This document shows, piece by piece, positions 33,732 to 43,257 of a DNA stretch of 44,242 nt. Source of the stretch: a virus. A program made the translations under genes and the position numbers. Below the pieces are notes generated by a model. That model made no database searches, was not told where the DNA came from, and saw only the letters and a list, made by a program, of their open reading frames with translations. How positions within the stretch are numbered: position 1 is the stretch's first letter; each line of letters starts with the position of its first letter. The stretch is from positions 1 to 44,242 of IMG/VR virus record IMGVR_UViG_3300045988_084446. One strand, written 5' to 3'.

Positions 33732-34030
33732 AGAAATGGATGCAGGGCTATCAAGTCCGCGGCTCCGTCAAAGAGGCTGTGGAAGGGACAAGAAGCTTGC
33801 TCCTTCTGACGCGAAGCGACAGCGGCGTATCTCAGCTATCGTATTTCTGGGATGGAGGAACAAGCGTCGAAATCGCTGATTCGGCGATGGGAATGATCTT
33901 TGAAGAAGAGACCGTGAATTTCCAGACACCCGATGAGGCAAAAGCCTACATCGTGGGAAAAGCAGAAAACTCCGGAAGTGATTTTTCGCTGCGGATTGAT
34001 AGACCTGAACAGATGGAGGTAGGTCAATGA
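33728..34030 (+). CDS. Hypothetical protein
   Basis: ORF with RBS AAGGAGGG. Confidence 0.35.
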   Translation: MKKWMQGYQVRGSVKEAVEGTRSLLLLTRSDSGVSQLSYFWDGGTSVEIADSAMGMIFEEETVNFQTPDEAKAYIVGKAENSGSDFSLRIDRPEQMEVGQ

Positions 34031-34227
34031 CAAAGTGGCAAGTATGCCGCGAAGTGTATGGCGGTATACTCCCGATCTGGAGGGCATGCCGCACAGTGGA
34101 TGGCATCACGGAGGTTGACGTGCTGATATACGGCACGCAAGCCGAGGCGATCGCCCGGATGCACGAGCTCAATGCAAAAGAAAAAGCGCCCGAGCAGAGG
34201 AACCGCTCGAGCGCAGAAATGAATTGA
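34027..34227 (+). CDS. Hypothetical protein
   Basis: ORF with RBS GGAGGTAGG. Confidence 0.3.
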   Translation: MTKWQVCREVYGGILPIWRACRTVDGITEVDVLIYGTQAEAIARMHELNAKEKAPEQRNRSSAEMN

Positions 34228-34266
34228 ACTACCGTGAGTATATCACGGAATAGGAGGTAAATCAAC

Positions 34267-36225
34267 ATGAAGATACTCAGCCTGACGCTCGAGAACTTCC
34301 GCGGCATTAAGAATCTCACCGTCAACTTTGACGGCAAGGACGCGGACATCTACGGCGCGAACGGGACGGGCAAGACCACCCTCGCAAACGCGATCTGCTG
34401 GCTACTCATCGACCGCCCTGCGACGGAGGAGGCGGATTTTACACCGAAGACCGCAGGGACGCACGGCATCAATCACAAGGCAAGCATGGAGATCGAGCTT
34501 GCGGACGGCCGGCGGATCACGCTCGCCAAGGACTTTTACGAGAAATGGACCCGCAAGCGCGGCGCGGCGGTCGAAGAGTACACGGGCAACGTCACGGATT
34601 ACTATGTTGACGGCGTAAAGTCCAAGAAGAAGGAGTACACGGAAATCCTCGAGAACGCCTGCGGCACTGATCTCGAGCGGGTCAAGATGCTCATGGTTCT
34701 CGGGTACTTCGCGGACACGATGAAGACGGATGAGAAGCGCCGCATCCTCTTCGAGATGGCGGGCGACTTCACGGACATGGATGTCATCGCCGCCAATGAG
34801 GAACTGGAAGGCATCGAAGATTTTTTCCTTATGCCGGGGACGGAGGACAAGCACTATACCGTCGAGCAGTGGAAGAAGATCGCCGCTGAACAGCGGAGCA
34901 AACTCAACAAAGATCTCGAGCTCCTGCCGGCGCGCATTGACGAGGCGAGCAAGAATATCGCCGAGAACGTCGAGGACGCGGACGCGCTGAATGCAACACT
35001 CCGCGCATTGGAGGAAAAGAAAGCCTCCATTGAGGAGAAGAAGCGCAGCCTCTCCACTCCGGACGGAAAGCAGGAGGCGACACGCGCTGCACTCGCTGGG
35101 CTCGAAGTTGACCTTGCGAAAAAACGCGCAGCCTACATTGAGCAGGGCGCGGCGGCGAATCGGGAGACCAACGCGATGATTGACTGCATGACCGCAGACA
35201 AGCGCAGCGTCGCGGATAAACTGGACGCACTGAAGCGCAAGCACGAAGAAAGCGTCCGCAGGCTCACACAGATGCAGAAAGAGCGCAAGAAACTCATGGA
35301 GGAGTACGCCGAAGTCGCTGCGCGGCAGTGGGATGCCGGGGCGGAACTTTGCCCGACCTGCAATCAGCAGATGCCCCCCGAACAGGTGGAAGAAATGCGT
35401 GCGGCGTTCAATGAGATGAATGCCACCGAGAAGGAAGAAATTAACCGTCTGGGGCAGATGTGCAGCAAGGACAAGATCGACGCGCTCACAGCAGAGATTG
35501 ATGCACAGGCGGCAGACATTGCTGCGATGGAACACCAAATCAGGGAGAAGGAGGAACTCATCGGCGAGTGGCGGGCAAAGCTCGCGACGCCGCCCCCCTT
35601 CGAGGAGACGGCGGAATACAAAGAGATCACCGCCCGCATGGAGGAGATGCGTGATCGTCTGCGCCTCGGACAGAGTGCAGAAGACGGCACGCTGAACGCC
35701 TATGACCGCGACATCCAGACAGTCAAAGACGAGATCGCATCGGTCAACATGCGGATTGCAAAGGCTAAGGCCTCCGAAAACAGCCGTAAGCGTGTCGGAG
35801 AGCTGCGTCAGGAGCTTAAGGCAGCCGCTGAGCAGATGGAATACCTCGAGCACGGAATTCATCTGTGCGAGGAGTTCGTCCGCACCAAAGCGCGGATGGT
35901 GACGGACAGTATCAATGAGCATTTCAATTTCGTCCGGTTTATGCTTTTCCGCGACCAGATCAACGGCGGACTGCGGGAGATTTGCGAACCGACGGTTGAG
36001 AGCAAGGACGGCACATGGGTCGAGTACCGCAGTGCGAACTACGCCGCGCAGGTCAATGCCAAGCTCGACATTGTGACGACGCTCGGGCGACACTACGGTG
36101 TGCATCTGCCCATCCTCATGGACCAGGGCGAGAGCGTCAGCACGCCGCTCACCGTCGATGAGCAGCTCATTCGCTTCATCGTCTCGGCAGAGGACAAGGA
36201 TATTCGTGTAGAGGTCAAGGAGTAG
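34267..36225 (+). CDS. SbcC/RecF/SMC-like AAA ATPase (recombination-associated)
   Basis: N-terminal Walker A GANGTGKTT, a long central coiled-coil, and a C-terminal D-loop region LMDQGESV. RBS AGGAGGT. Confidence 0.65.
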   Translation: MKILSLTLENFRGIKNLTVNFDGKDADIYGANGTGKTTLANAICWLLIDRPATEEADFTPKTAGTHGINHKASMEIELADGRRITLAKDFYEKWTRKRGAAVEEYTGNVTDYYVDGVKSKKKEYTEILENACGTDLERVKMLMVLGYFADTMKTDEKRRILFEMAGDFTDMDVIAANEELEGIEDFFLMPGTEDKHYTVEQWKKIAAEQRSKLNKDLELLPARIDEASKNIAENVEDADALNATLRALEEKKASIEEKKRSLSTPDGKQEATRAALAGLEVDLAKKRAAYIEQGAAANRETNAMIDCMTADKRSVADKLDALKRKHEESVRRLTQMQKERKKLMEEYAEVAARQWDAGAELCPTCNQQMPPEQVEEMRAAFNEMNATEKEEINRLGQMCSKDKIDALTAEIDAQAADIAAMEHQIREKEELIGEWRAKLATPPPFEETAEYKEITARMEEMRDRLRLGQSAEDGTLNAYDRDIQTVKDEIASVNMRIAKAKASENSRKRVGELRQELKAAAEQMEYLEHGIHLCEEFVRTKARMVTDSINEHFNFVRFMLFRDQINGGLREICEPTVESKDGTWVEYRSANYAAQVNAKLDIVTTLGRHYGVHLPILMDQGESVSTPLTVDEQLIRFIVSAEDKDIRVEVKE

Positions 36226-36238
36226 GAGGAGAAATATC

Positions 36239-37084
36239 ATGGCAAACAGTCAGGCAGTAGCCACACGGAACAACATGGCCAACGTCGCCACAATCGAAAA
36301 CTGGGTCGAGAGCGACGCCATCAAGAAAAAGTTTCAGGAGGTTCTCGACAAGGGGGCAGGGACATTTGTAACGAGCCTCCTCAGCCTCGTTAAGTCCACG
36401 CCGCAGCTTGCGGCGGCAGAACCTAAGACCATCCTCAGTGCAGCGATGACCGCCGCAACGCTCAAGCTGCCGATCAACCCGAATCTTGGGTTTGCGTACA
36501 TCATCCCCTACAAGAATGAGGCACAGTTCCAGATGGGTTGGAAGGGGTATGTCCAGCTCGCCATGCGCACGGGGCAGTACAAGACCATCAACGCCGCTGT
36601 CGTCTACGAGGGGCAGATCGAGGATATCGACTTCATCACAGGGGAGATCATCCGGGGCAAGAAAAAGAGCGACAAGGTAGTCGGCTACGTCGCCTACTTC
36701 GAGCTCGTCAACGGATTCAAAAAGACGCTCTACATGAGCGCAGAAGACATGCTCCGGCATGCAACGACATTCTCCAAAGCGTATCAGTACGACAAGCGCA
36801 GCGGAAAAAGCGCAAGCGTATGGACGACCAACTTTGAGGCAATGGGCCTCAAGACGGTAATCAAGCAGCTCATTAGCAAATACGGCATCATGAGCATCGA
36901 CATGCAGGGGATGGCACTCTCGGAAGCGCTCAGTGCAGATAAGGATTATGAGCGCCCCGCCGAACAGAACGTGACGCCGCTCGAGGAGGCTGCAGAAGCG
37001 CAGACGATTGATGCAGAGGAAGCGGCTCCGGAGGAAACTTCTGCGCCGCCGGAGGCTGATCCGCTCGAAGGAATTAACTTCTGA
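36239..37084 (+). CDS. recT: RecT-family single-strand annealing protein
   Basis: Typical RecT core (PKTILSAAMTAATLKLPINPNLGFAYIIPY...QMGWKGYVQLAMRTGQYK...VVGYVAYFELVNGF). Confidence 0.8.
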   Translation: MANSQAVATRNNMANVATIENWVESDAIKKKFQEVLDKGAGTFVTSLLSLVKSTPQLAAAEPKTILSAAMTAATLKLPINPNLGFAYIIPYKNEAQFQMGWKGYVQLAMRTGQYKTINAAVVYEGQIEDIDFITGEIIRGKKKSDKVVGYVAYFELVNGFKKTLYMSAEDMLRHATTFSKAYQYDKRSGKSASVWTTNFEAMGLKTVIKQLISKYGIMSIDMQGMALSEALSADKDYERPAEQNVTPLEEAAEAQTIDAEEAAPEETSAPPEADPLEGINF

Positions 37085-37086
37085 TC

Positions 37087-37773
37087 ATGGACATCAAGAT
37101 CATTGCGTCGGGGAGCAGCGGCAATGCCTACCTCATCGGTGATGGCAAGACCCACCTGCTCCTTGATGCAGGCATCCCGTTCAAACGCATCCAGATTGGT
37201 TGCGGATTCCGGACAAGCAGCATTGACGGCTGTCTTGTGACCCACCGCCACGGCGATCACGCTGCGGCGATCCCGAAGCTCCTGCAGCGGGGCATCACAG
37301 TTTACAGCAACGCAGACGTGGCAGGGCTTTATCCGGGAGTAGAGCAGCTGGAGGCACTCAAAGAGCACAGGATCGGTACATTCCGCATCCTCCCCTTTGA
37401 GGCAGAGCATGACGTCCAGTGTTTTGGATATCAGGTCACGTCGGAGGAGACCGGCGAAAAGCTCGTCTACATCACGGACAGCGCCTACGTCAAGTACACG
37501 TTTTCCGGATTGACGCACATTATGATCGAGGCCAACTACGCGCAGGAGATCATGATAGACAACGTAAGAGATGAGCGTGTCCCGCTCTCGCTCGCGGCGC
37601 GTGTCGCAGAAACGCACATGAGCATCGAGACCCTGCTTGACCTGTTGCGGTCCAACGACATGACGCAGGTGCGGCAAATATACCTCCTGCATCTCTCGGA
37701 TGGCAACAGCGACGCAGAGGCATTCAAACGGCAGGTGCAGCAGGAGACGGGCGCAGAGGTATACATCGCATGA
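37087..37773 (+). CDS. Metallo-beta-lactamase-fold hydrolase (putative exonuclease partner of RecT)
   Basis: HRHGDH motif with the pattern ...D...H.... Immediately after recT. Confidence 0.65.
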   Translation: MDIKIIASGSSGNAYLIGDGKTHLLLDAGIPFKRIQIGCGFRTSSIDGCLVTHRHGDHAAAIPKLLQRGITVYSNADVAGLYPGVEQLEALKEHRIGTFRILPFEAEHDVQCFGYQVTSEETGEKLVYITDSAYVKYTFSGLTHIMIEANYAQEIMIDNVRDERVPLSLAARVAETHMSIETLLDLLRSNDMTQVRQIYLLHLSDGNSDAEAFKRQVQQETGAEVYIA

Positions 37774-38438
37774 TACTTGTTGGACACATCGTAAAGGAGC
37801 GAGATGGGGGCGCTATGGTCTTTGTTCCGTATCCTCCTGATCAGAGGAGCCCTGCTGACTGTCACGAGACGGTCGCCGTGGAGTTCGTCGATAAACGCCG
37901 CATCAGTGCAAAGCAGCGTAAGAAAGCCTACGTCCTCATCTCCTACATCGCCGCGTGGTGGGGGTATACGCCCATTGAGGCGATGAAGGAAATGCTAAAG
38001 CTCATGTTTGTGGGCGAAGCAGAGACGTTGCGGAGATCGTTCTCCCTCTCGAACTGCGACATGACAACGGCAAGGCTGTTTATCACCTATCTCATCGACT
38101 TCTGCCTCTTGCACGGAGTAGACGTCGGAGAGCCGTTGTATCAGCTATCAGAGGATATCCCGCGCTATGTGTGGGCGTGCCTCATGAACAAGCGATGCGC
38201 GGTGTGTGGCAGGAAAGCGGAGCTGCACCACTGCAACGGCAGCGTGGTTGGTATGGGGCGCAACCGCAAGGAGATATGCCACATAGGGATGCGTGCGCTC
38301 CCTCTTTGCAGGGAGCATCACACGGAGATTCATCGCATAGGGCAAGGGGATTTTCTCAAGCGGTATATTCTTGAGCCCGTGCGGATTGATGAGCGGATCG
38401 CAGATGTGTACCGCCTGCGGAAGAAAAATAGGAGGTGA
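37770..38438 (+). CDS. Hypothetical phage protein with a C-terminal Cys/His HNH-like zinc-binding motif
   Basis: CAVCGRKAELHHC...CHIGMRALPLCREHHTEIHRIG. Confidence 0.4.
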   Translation: MILVGHIVKERDGGAMVFVPYPPDQRSPADCHETVAVEFVDKRRISAKQRKKAYVLISYIAAWWGYTPIEAMKEMLKLMFVGEAETLRRSFSLSNCDMTTARLFITYLIDFCLLHGVDVGEPLYQLSEDIPRYVWACLMNKRCAVCGRKAELHHCNGSVVGMGRNRKEICHIGMRALPLCREHHTEIHRIGQGDFLKRYILEPVRIDERIADVYRLRKKNRR

Positions 38439-38443
38439 ATGGT

Positions 38444-39235
38444 GTGCTGACGCTGATTGATCGGTTCAGAATGTTTGCAAGGGCAGCATCGGCGGACGAT
38501 CGAATCGGCTCCATCGAAATAGCGGTTTATACAATGCTGCTGAGCATTGACAATGACCTGCTGTTTCAGGAGTGGTTCGGGTGCTCTGATCGTCGCTTGC
38601 AAGATATGACCAACGTCGGAAGCGTGAATACCATCACAAAAGCGAAGAACAGGCTGAAGCAGCTCGGGTGGATTGATTTCAAGACAGCGGGCAAAAAGAC
38701 GACCTTGTATAAATTGACCATCCCGATATGTGAGACAGATACTGCGACAGTATGTGAGACAGATACTGCGACAGTATGTGAGACAGATACTGCGACATTA
38801 AGAAGACAAGACAAGACTGCTAGACAGATAGACAAAGCAGCTGCTGATGCGCGCGCGCGCGAGGAGGGCAACTCTCTCGCAGAGGTGGTGCAGGCGTTCG
38901 AGAATAACATCCACCCCGTCACAGGGAAGATCGAGCAGGACGCTCTTGTTGACCTCATGGACGAATACAGTGCTCTTTGGGTGACAGAGGCGATCAAGGA
39001 GGCGGCGTTATCCAACGCGCGTAATCTGCGCTATATCACGGCAATTCTTGAGCGGTGGAAGCGTGAGGGGTTCAAGGCACCTCGGAAAGGAGTGAAGAGC
39101 AGTGGAACAAGTAGGGACAATAGCCGAGAAGCTCTTGAAGCGAGGTATCCGGATTTCGTCGAAGCCGACCGAAACCACGTCTATCCGTGGGAAATACAAC
39201 CTACCGGCGGAGGAGATCGAGCGGCATCGGGATGA
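38444..39235 (+). CDS. Replication initiation / replisome-organiser protein with a DnaD-like C-terminal domain. Contains internal iterons
   Basis: C-terminal ...ALWVTEAIKEAALSNARNLRYITAILERWKREG matches the DnaD-domain YxxxIxxxW motif. Probable GTG start at 38444, 8 nt after GGAGG; the listed ORF begins at 38435. Confidence 0.55.
   Translation: MLTLIDRFRMFARAASADDRIGSIEIAVYTMLLSIDNDLLFQEWFGCSDRRLQDMTNVGSVNTITKAKNRLKQLGWIDFKTAGKKTTLYKLTIPICETDTATVCETDTATVCETDTATLRRQDKTARQIDKAAADARAREEGNSLAEVVQAFENNIHPVTGKIEQDALVDLMDEYSALWVTEAIKEAALSNARNLRYITAILERWKREGFKAPRKGVKSSGTSRDNSREALEARYPDFVEADRNHVYPWEIQPTGGGDRAASG
38729..38800. repeat. Three tandem 24-bp direct repeats (TGTGAGACAGATACTGCGACAGTA), i.e. 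iterons and a candidate replication origin, inside the initiator gene. Followed by an AGACA-rich stretch
   Basis: Exact copies at 38729, 38753 and 38777, the last diverging at its end. They encode CETDTATV x3. Confidence 0.6.
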
Positions 39236-39992
39236 GATCGTTGACATCGAGCGAGCGCAAGACTTCTGTCGCGGATGCACGGGGGAGAGCTGCAAGCAAC
39301 CCTCACAGGGGATGATCCCCGTCGTGGATACGTCCTACGGGCGATTCTGCCACGCCCTTAGCCCTTGTAAGCACGAGCGCAACAGGAGGGAGCGGCTGCG
39401 GATTGCGCGGCTCTTTGCCTCAGCGCGGATTCCGCGCACCTACGAGGGGGATACGTTCGCGGACTACACCGTGACGGACGGCAATCGCCACGCGGTGGAA
39501 TCGGCGCGCTGGATGCTGGACGGCGGCAGCGGAGTGTTTCTTTACGGGGAGAAGGGGACGGGAAAGACCAAGCTCGCGGCAATCATCGCAAATGAGCGGG
39601 CAAGAGCCGGAAAACCTGTGCTCTTTGCCTCCGTGCCTGACCTCCTGGCAGACATCCGCGCATCGTTTGACGGCGGCAATACAGCGGAGACGGTGCAGGC
39701 AGTCAAGGAGACGCCGTTTCTGGTGCTCGATGACCTCGGCAGCGAGAAAATGAGTGAGTGGGTGGGCGAGCAGCTGTTTTGCATCGTCAACCACCGCTAT
39801 AACGAGCGTTTGCAGACGGTCGTGACGAGCAATTACAGCCCGACGGAGATCATCGCGCACATGGCGACGGTGGATAGAGGCGGCAACGTGATTGACGATA
39901 TGCAGGGGCAGCGCATCATTTCGCGCATCTACGGGATGTGCGAGCGAGTGGAGATTAAGGGCGCCGATTGGCGCATGAAAGGAGCGTGCTGA
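39102..39992 (+). CDS. DnaC/DnaI-like helicase-loader ATPase
   Basis: Walker A GEKGTGKT and Walker B FLVLDDLG. N-terminal Cys cluster. GTG start with AGGAG upstream. Overlaps the upstream gene by about 130 nt. Confidence 0.7.
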   Translation: MEQVGTIAEKLLKRGIRISSKPTETTSIRGKYNLPAEEIERHRDEIVDIERAQDFCRGCTGESCKQPSQGMIPVVDTSYGRFCHALSPCKHERNRRERLRIARLFASARIPRTYEGDTFADYTVTDGNRHAVESARWMLDGGSGVFLYGEKGTGKTKLAAIIANERARAGKPVLFASVPDLLADIRASFDGGNTAETVQAVKETPFLVLDDLGSEKMSEWVGEQLFCIVNHRYNERLQTVVTSNYSPTEIIAHMATVDRGGNVIDDMQGQRIISRIYGMCERVEIKGADWRMKGAC

Positions 39993-39993
39993 G

Positions 39994-40167
39994 ATGGGGC
40001 TTGAAAGATGCGGCTGCTGCGGAAGGTATGTGCCTGAGCGGGAATTAGAGCTAAGCAGTGTATATGGGCTTGTCTGCGAAGATTGCCTTTGGGGTACAAA
40101 GCAGGAAGAACATGAGGATGAAGCGGAGTACTGGGAATGGCTGAGAAAACAGGAACAAGAAAAATAA
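39994..40167 (+). CDS. Hypothetical 57-aa Cys-rich (zinc-ribbon-like) protein
   Basis: RBS AAAGGAGCG. Cys pattern CGCCG...C..C. Confidence 0.35.
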   Translation: MGLERCGCCGRYVPERELELSSVYGLVCEDCLWGTKQEEHEDEAEYWEWLRKQEQEK

Positions 40168-40191
40168 GCGATCAGAGAGGAGCGTGCTGAG

Positions 40192-40620
40192 ATGGATTTG
40201 ACATGGGTACACAGGGCAGGGGCGATCATTGCGGAGGTAAAAGACATACAGTCCCGTATTATCCAACTGGAAGCAGAGAACGAGGAACTGCGACGAGAAA
40301 ACAAGCGGATGGGTGAGGTGATAAAGCCGCAGCCGTGCACGAAGTATCGCGATGCGAAACGGATGGAATGGATCGCGAAGCTCATGGAGGAGACGAACGA
40401 GGTTGTGCAGGAGGCGCAGATCGTTGCACAACTCGAGAAAGCGGACGAAGAAGCACTGAGCACCGTCCTTTGGGAAGCTCGGAAACGCCTTGCAATGGAG
40501 CTCACGGACGTAAAAACGCTCTGTGAATCGTGGCTTTACGCAGAAGGATGGGACGAGGAAGAGCGTGACGAGCTGCAGCGGCGTGTGAACGAGAAGAACA
40601 AGGAGCGCAGGTATTTCTGA
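40192..40620 (+). CDS. Hypothetical coiled-coil protein
   Basis: ORF with RBS GAGGAGCG. Confidence 0.4.
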   Translation: MDLTWVHRAGAIIAEVKDIQSRIIQLEAENEELRRENKRMGEVIKPQPCTKYRDAKRMEWIAKLMEETNEVVQEAQIVAQLEKADEEALSTVLWEARKRLAMELTDVKTLCESWLYAEGWDEEERDELQRRVNEKNKERRYF

Positions 40621-40632
40621 GGAGGCGGCGAG

Positions 40633-40782
40633 ATGGAACAGCCGACAAAAGGGCAGCTTGAATACGCAAAAATACTCCTGCGTGAACTCGGGTATGACAT
40701 TGACGATTATCCGCTCCTAGACATGGATAGACAGGAACTCTCAGAGTTGATTGACGATCTGAGAGAAGAACTATACGGATGA
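40633..40782 (+). CDS. Hypothetical 49-aa acidic protein
   Basis: RBS GAGGAGGCGG. Confidence 0.35.
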   Translation: MEQPTKGQLEYAKILLRELGYDIDDYPLLDMDRQELSELIDDLREELYG

Positions 40783-40791
40783 GGTGATGGC

Positions 40792-41226
40792 ATGGACGAA
40801 TACACGCCCTGCAAGAAGAACGACCCGACGGCGCGGGAGGCAATCGGGAACGTCATGCGCATCCTGCATAAGCAGCGCAAGAAGGCGAACAAGTACCACG
40901 CCCGCAAGACAACCGTTTACGGACGAACCTTTGACAGCAAGCGCGAGGCGGAAGTTTATCTGATACTCCGCGAGAAACTCAGACTCGGTGAGATCAAGCA
41001 CCTTGAATGTCAGCCAACGTACACATTGCTAGAGGGGTTCCGGGACAACCAAGGCAAGCCGCAGAAACCAATCACATATACACCGGATTTCCTTGTTGAG
41101 TATGACGATGGCCGGCGTGAGGTCATCGAGGTCAAGGGCGTCCGGACGCGGGATTATATGCTGCGCAAGAAGCTGTTTCTCTACGCGATGCGCGAGACGG
41201 ATATTGTTTTTCGGGAGGTGCGGTAA
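40792..41226 (+). CDS. DUF1064-like phage protein (putative PD-(D/E)XK-type nuclease / junction resolvase)
   Basis: The pattern KYHARKTTVYGRTFDSKREAEVY...YTPDF...VIEVKG is typical of this phage family. Confidence 0.4.
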   Translation: MDEYTPCKKNDPTAREAIGNVMRILHKQRKKANKYHARKTTVYGRTFDSKREAEVYLILREKLRLGEIKHLECQPTYTLLEGFRDNQGKPQKPITYTPDFLVEYDDGRREVIEVKGVRTRDYMLRKKLFLYAMRETDIVFREVR

Positions 41227-41921
41227 TGACGTACAAGGTGGAGCGGGACAACGGGTCGAGGGCACTTGGTTGTCACTTCGAGCATGAGGGACAGAGCAGA
41301 GTTGGAGGTTGTATGACGAAAATACGGGATTGGACGGGAAACAGTCAGGCGGCGTTTGTGACGTTCGGAGCGGAAGGGCACGCAACGCATGAGAGAGCCG
41401 AACATGACTACTATGCCACAGAGCCGCGTGCGGTTGAACTCCTGCTTGAGCAGGAACAATTTGCACCTACCATCTGGGAGCCCGCCTGTGGAGAGGGGCA
41501 TATCTCGGAGGTACTGATTGAGCATGGGCATGGGGTCATCAGTACGGATCTCATTGACCGAGGATATGGTACGGGCGGAGTAGATTTTCTCACCTGTGAT
41601 GCGCGAATTATGCGCGTTCCCTATGACATTATCACCAATCCACCGTACAAATATTCGACGGAATTTGCAGAAAAGGCACTTGAACTTGTTGCGGATGGTC
41701 AAAAGGTGGCGATGTTCCTCAAGTTGACCTTCATGGAGAGCAAGAAGCGCAAGCTGTTCTTTCAGAAATATCCTCCGCGTACGGTCTATGTGAGTTCGGG
41801 GCGACTGATGTGTGGATTTAACGGACAGTTCCATATGCATTCAGGACGTGCGATAGCCTACGCATGGTATGTGTGGAAAAAGGGCTTCAAGGGCGATCCT
41901 GTGATTCGGTGGATAAATTGA
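41226..41921 (+). CDS. Orphan DNA methyltransferase (N6-adenine or N4-cytosine; NPPY motif)
   Basis: Motif I in WEPACGEGHIS and motif IV IITNPPY. No adjacent restriction gene. Alternative start at 41310. Confidence 0.7.
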   Translation: MTYKVERDNGSRALGCHFEHEGQSRVGGCMTKIRDWTGNSQAAFVTFGAEGHATHERAEHDYYATEPRAVELLLEQEQFAPTIWEPACGEGHISEVLIEHGHGVISTDLIDRGYGTGGVDFLTCDARIMRVPYDIITNPPYKYSTEFAEKALELVADGQKVAMFLKLTFMESKKRKLFFQKYPPRTVYVSSGRLMCGFNGQFHMHSGRAIAYAWYVWKKGFKGDPVIRWIN

Positions 41922-41934
41922 GGAGAGGATAAAA

Positions 41935-42240
41935 ATGGCAGAACAGAAATATCCGCAGGATGAGGAGAAAAACGAGTACCGCTACATTGATTGCGGATGG
42001 CTCGACAAAGTGGCGACAGGTCTCACGGCGGGCGCAAGAAAGCATCCGGGCGAGACGTGGAAGGAGATTCCCGCGGTAGAACACGCAGCAAGAGCACTGC
42101 GGCATCTGTCGCTCTATCTCAAAGGCGACACAAGTGAGGAGCATCTTGTGAATGCGTCAATGCGTTGCATGATGGCGTGGGTGATGGTAGAGCAAGGTTA
42201 TGAAGATGACGACCTTGAGAAGGAAGTGTACAAGCCGTGA
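41935..42240 (+). CDS. Hypothetical protein (DUF550-like)
   Basis: ORF with RBS GAGGAGAGG. Confidence 0.35.
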   Translation: MAEQKYPQDEEKNEYRYIDCGWLDKVATGLTAGARKHPGETWKEIPAVEHAARALRHLSLYLKGDTSEEHLVNASMRCMMAWVMVEQGYEDDDLEKEVYKP

Positions 42241-42466
42241 AACAGATACTTGACGCCTGCTGCGGTTCTCGGATGTTCTGAAATTGCTTCCGGTGCAGCC
42301 GTTGTTCGGGAACCGGAGGGGTAAGACAATCTGGATGGTGTTTATGAAATTTCCAGAGGAATAACAGCTACAATCGCGTTTTTGTGGTTAAAAGCATCGA
42401 ATATCAACAAAAAGTGGGATATGTGACACTTATCTACGTGAAAAACGAGATGAAGGAGTGGAGATC

Positions 42467-42865
42467 ATGAGTAAGATATATCGTTATATCCATTTTCGGG
42501 ATGATGGGTACAGTAAAGGATTCGCGAGTGTTGAGGCAGCTCTTGCAGACGCGAGAAAGCGTTATTCGGCGGAAGAGAAGGTGTATATCGGTGAGGACGA
42601 AGAATATGTACCGGCTGTTTGGTATGACCGTGTTATTAAAAATCTGCAATGCGCGGTAGATATTGCGTGTACTGGCTACTACGGGGAATATGACGAGGTT
42701 GTTCCGGATGAAGCACGAGAGTCCTTGCATGACGCACTGACAGATGCACTTATGAAATGGGCTAAGGAGCATGGAATAACAAGATGGATTTATGTCCCGA
42801 CAGGAAAAAAAGACGTTCTCTATGATCTGAAAACGGGAAAGCCCGTAGAGGAGGAATCCAAATGA
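42467..42865 (+). CDS. Hypothetical protein
   Basis: RBS GAAGGAGTGGAG 4-5 nt upstream of the ATG at 42467. Confidence 0.4.
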   Translation: MSKIYRYIHFRDDGYSKGFASVEAALADARKRYSAEEKVYIGEDEEYVPAVWYDRVIKNLQCAVDIACTGYYGEYDEVVPDEARESLHDALTDALMKWAKEHGITRWIYVPTGKKDVLYDLKTGKPVEEESK

Positions 42866-43245
42866 ATCACTGGGTAGGAATCGGACGGCTCACGCGAGAC
42901 CCGAATGTGAAGTACACGCAGAGCGGGAAGGCTTACGCCTCGTTTACGCTTGCGATTGACAGGCGCAGGAGCGGGGATGGGAATCAACAGGCGGATTTTA
43001 TCTCGTGTGTGGCGTGGGAAAAGACGGCGGAGGTAATCAGCCAGTATTGCACAAAAGGGAAAAAGATCGCCGTCGAGGGGCGCATCCAGACGCGAAGCTA
43101 TGACGCCAACGATGGAACGAAACGCTATGTGACGGAGGTCGTCGTCAATAGCATGGAGTTCTGCGACAGCAAAGGCGGGCAACAGTTAAGCGATGCTAAA
43201 GAATTCGCGGGGGCGCCTGTGCCCGATGAGGACATTCCGTTTTGA
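42862..43245 (+). CDS. ssb: Single-stranded DNA-binding protein
   Basis: OB-fold pattern NHWVGIGRLTRDPNVKYTQSGKAYASFTLAIDR...ADFISCVAWEKTAEVISQY...KIAVEGRIQTRSY and a C-terminal DIPF tail. Confidence 0.85.
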   Translation: MNHWVGIGRLTRDPNVKYTQSGKAYASFTLAIDRRRSGDGNQQADFISCVAWEKTAEVISQYCTKGKKIAVEGRIQTRSYDANDGTKRYVTEVVVNSMEFCDSKGGQQLSDAKEFAGAPVPDEDIPF

Positions 43246-43257
43246 GGAGGGCTAAGC

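Noticed and set aside
34402-36240. 612-aa minus-strand ORF opposite the SbcC-like ATPase
   Set aside because: The + strand ORF has Walker A and D-loop motifs and an RBS. The antisense frame has neither.
38729-38800. Tandem 24-bp repeats, considered as a possible CRISPR array
   Set aside because: The repeats are contiguous with no spacers and lie in-frame inside a replication-initiator gene. They are iterons or linker repeats, not CRISPR.
42241-42466. Possible promoter (TGAAAT - 17 nt - TACAAT, TACAAT at about 42372-42377) and hairpin TTCCGG...CCGGAGG in the intergenic region before 42467
   Set aside because: The -35 is weak and the hairpin is imperfect. It is not convincing enough to call, although the 226-bp gap suggests some regulatory role.
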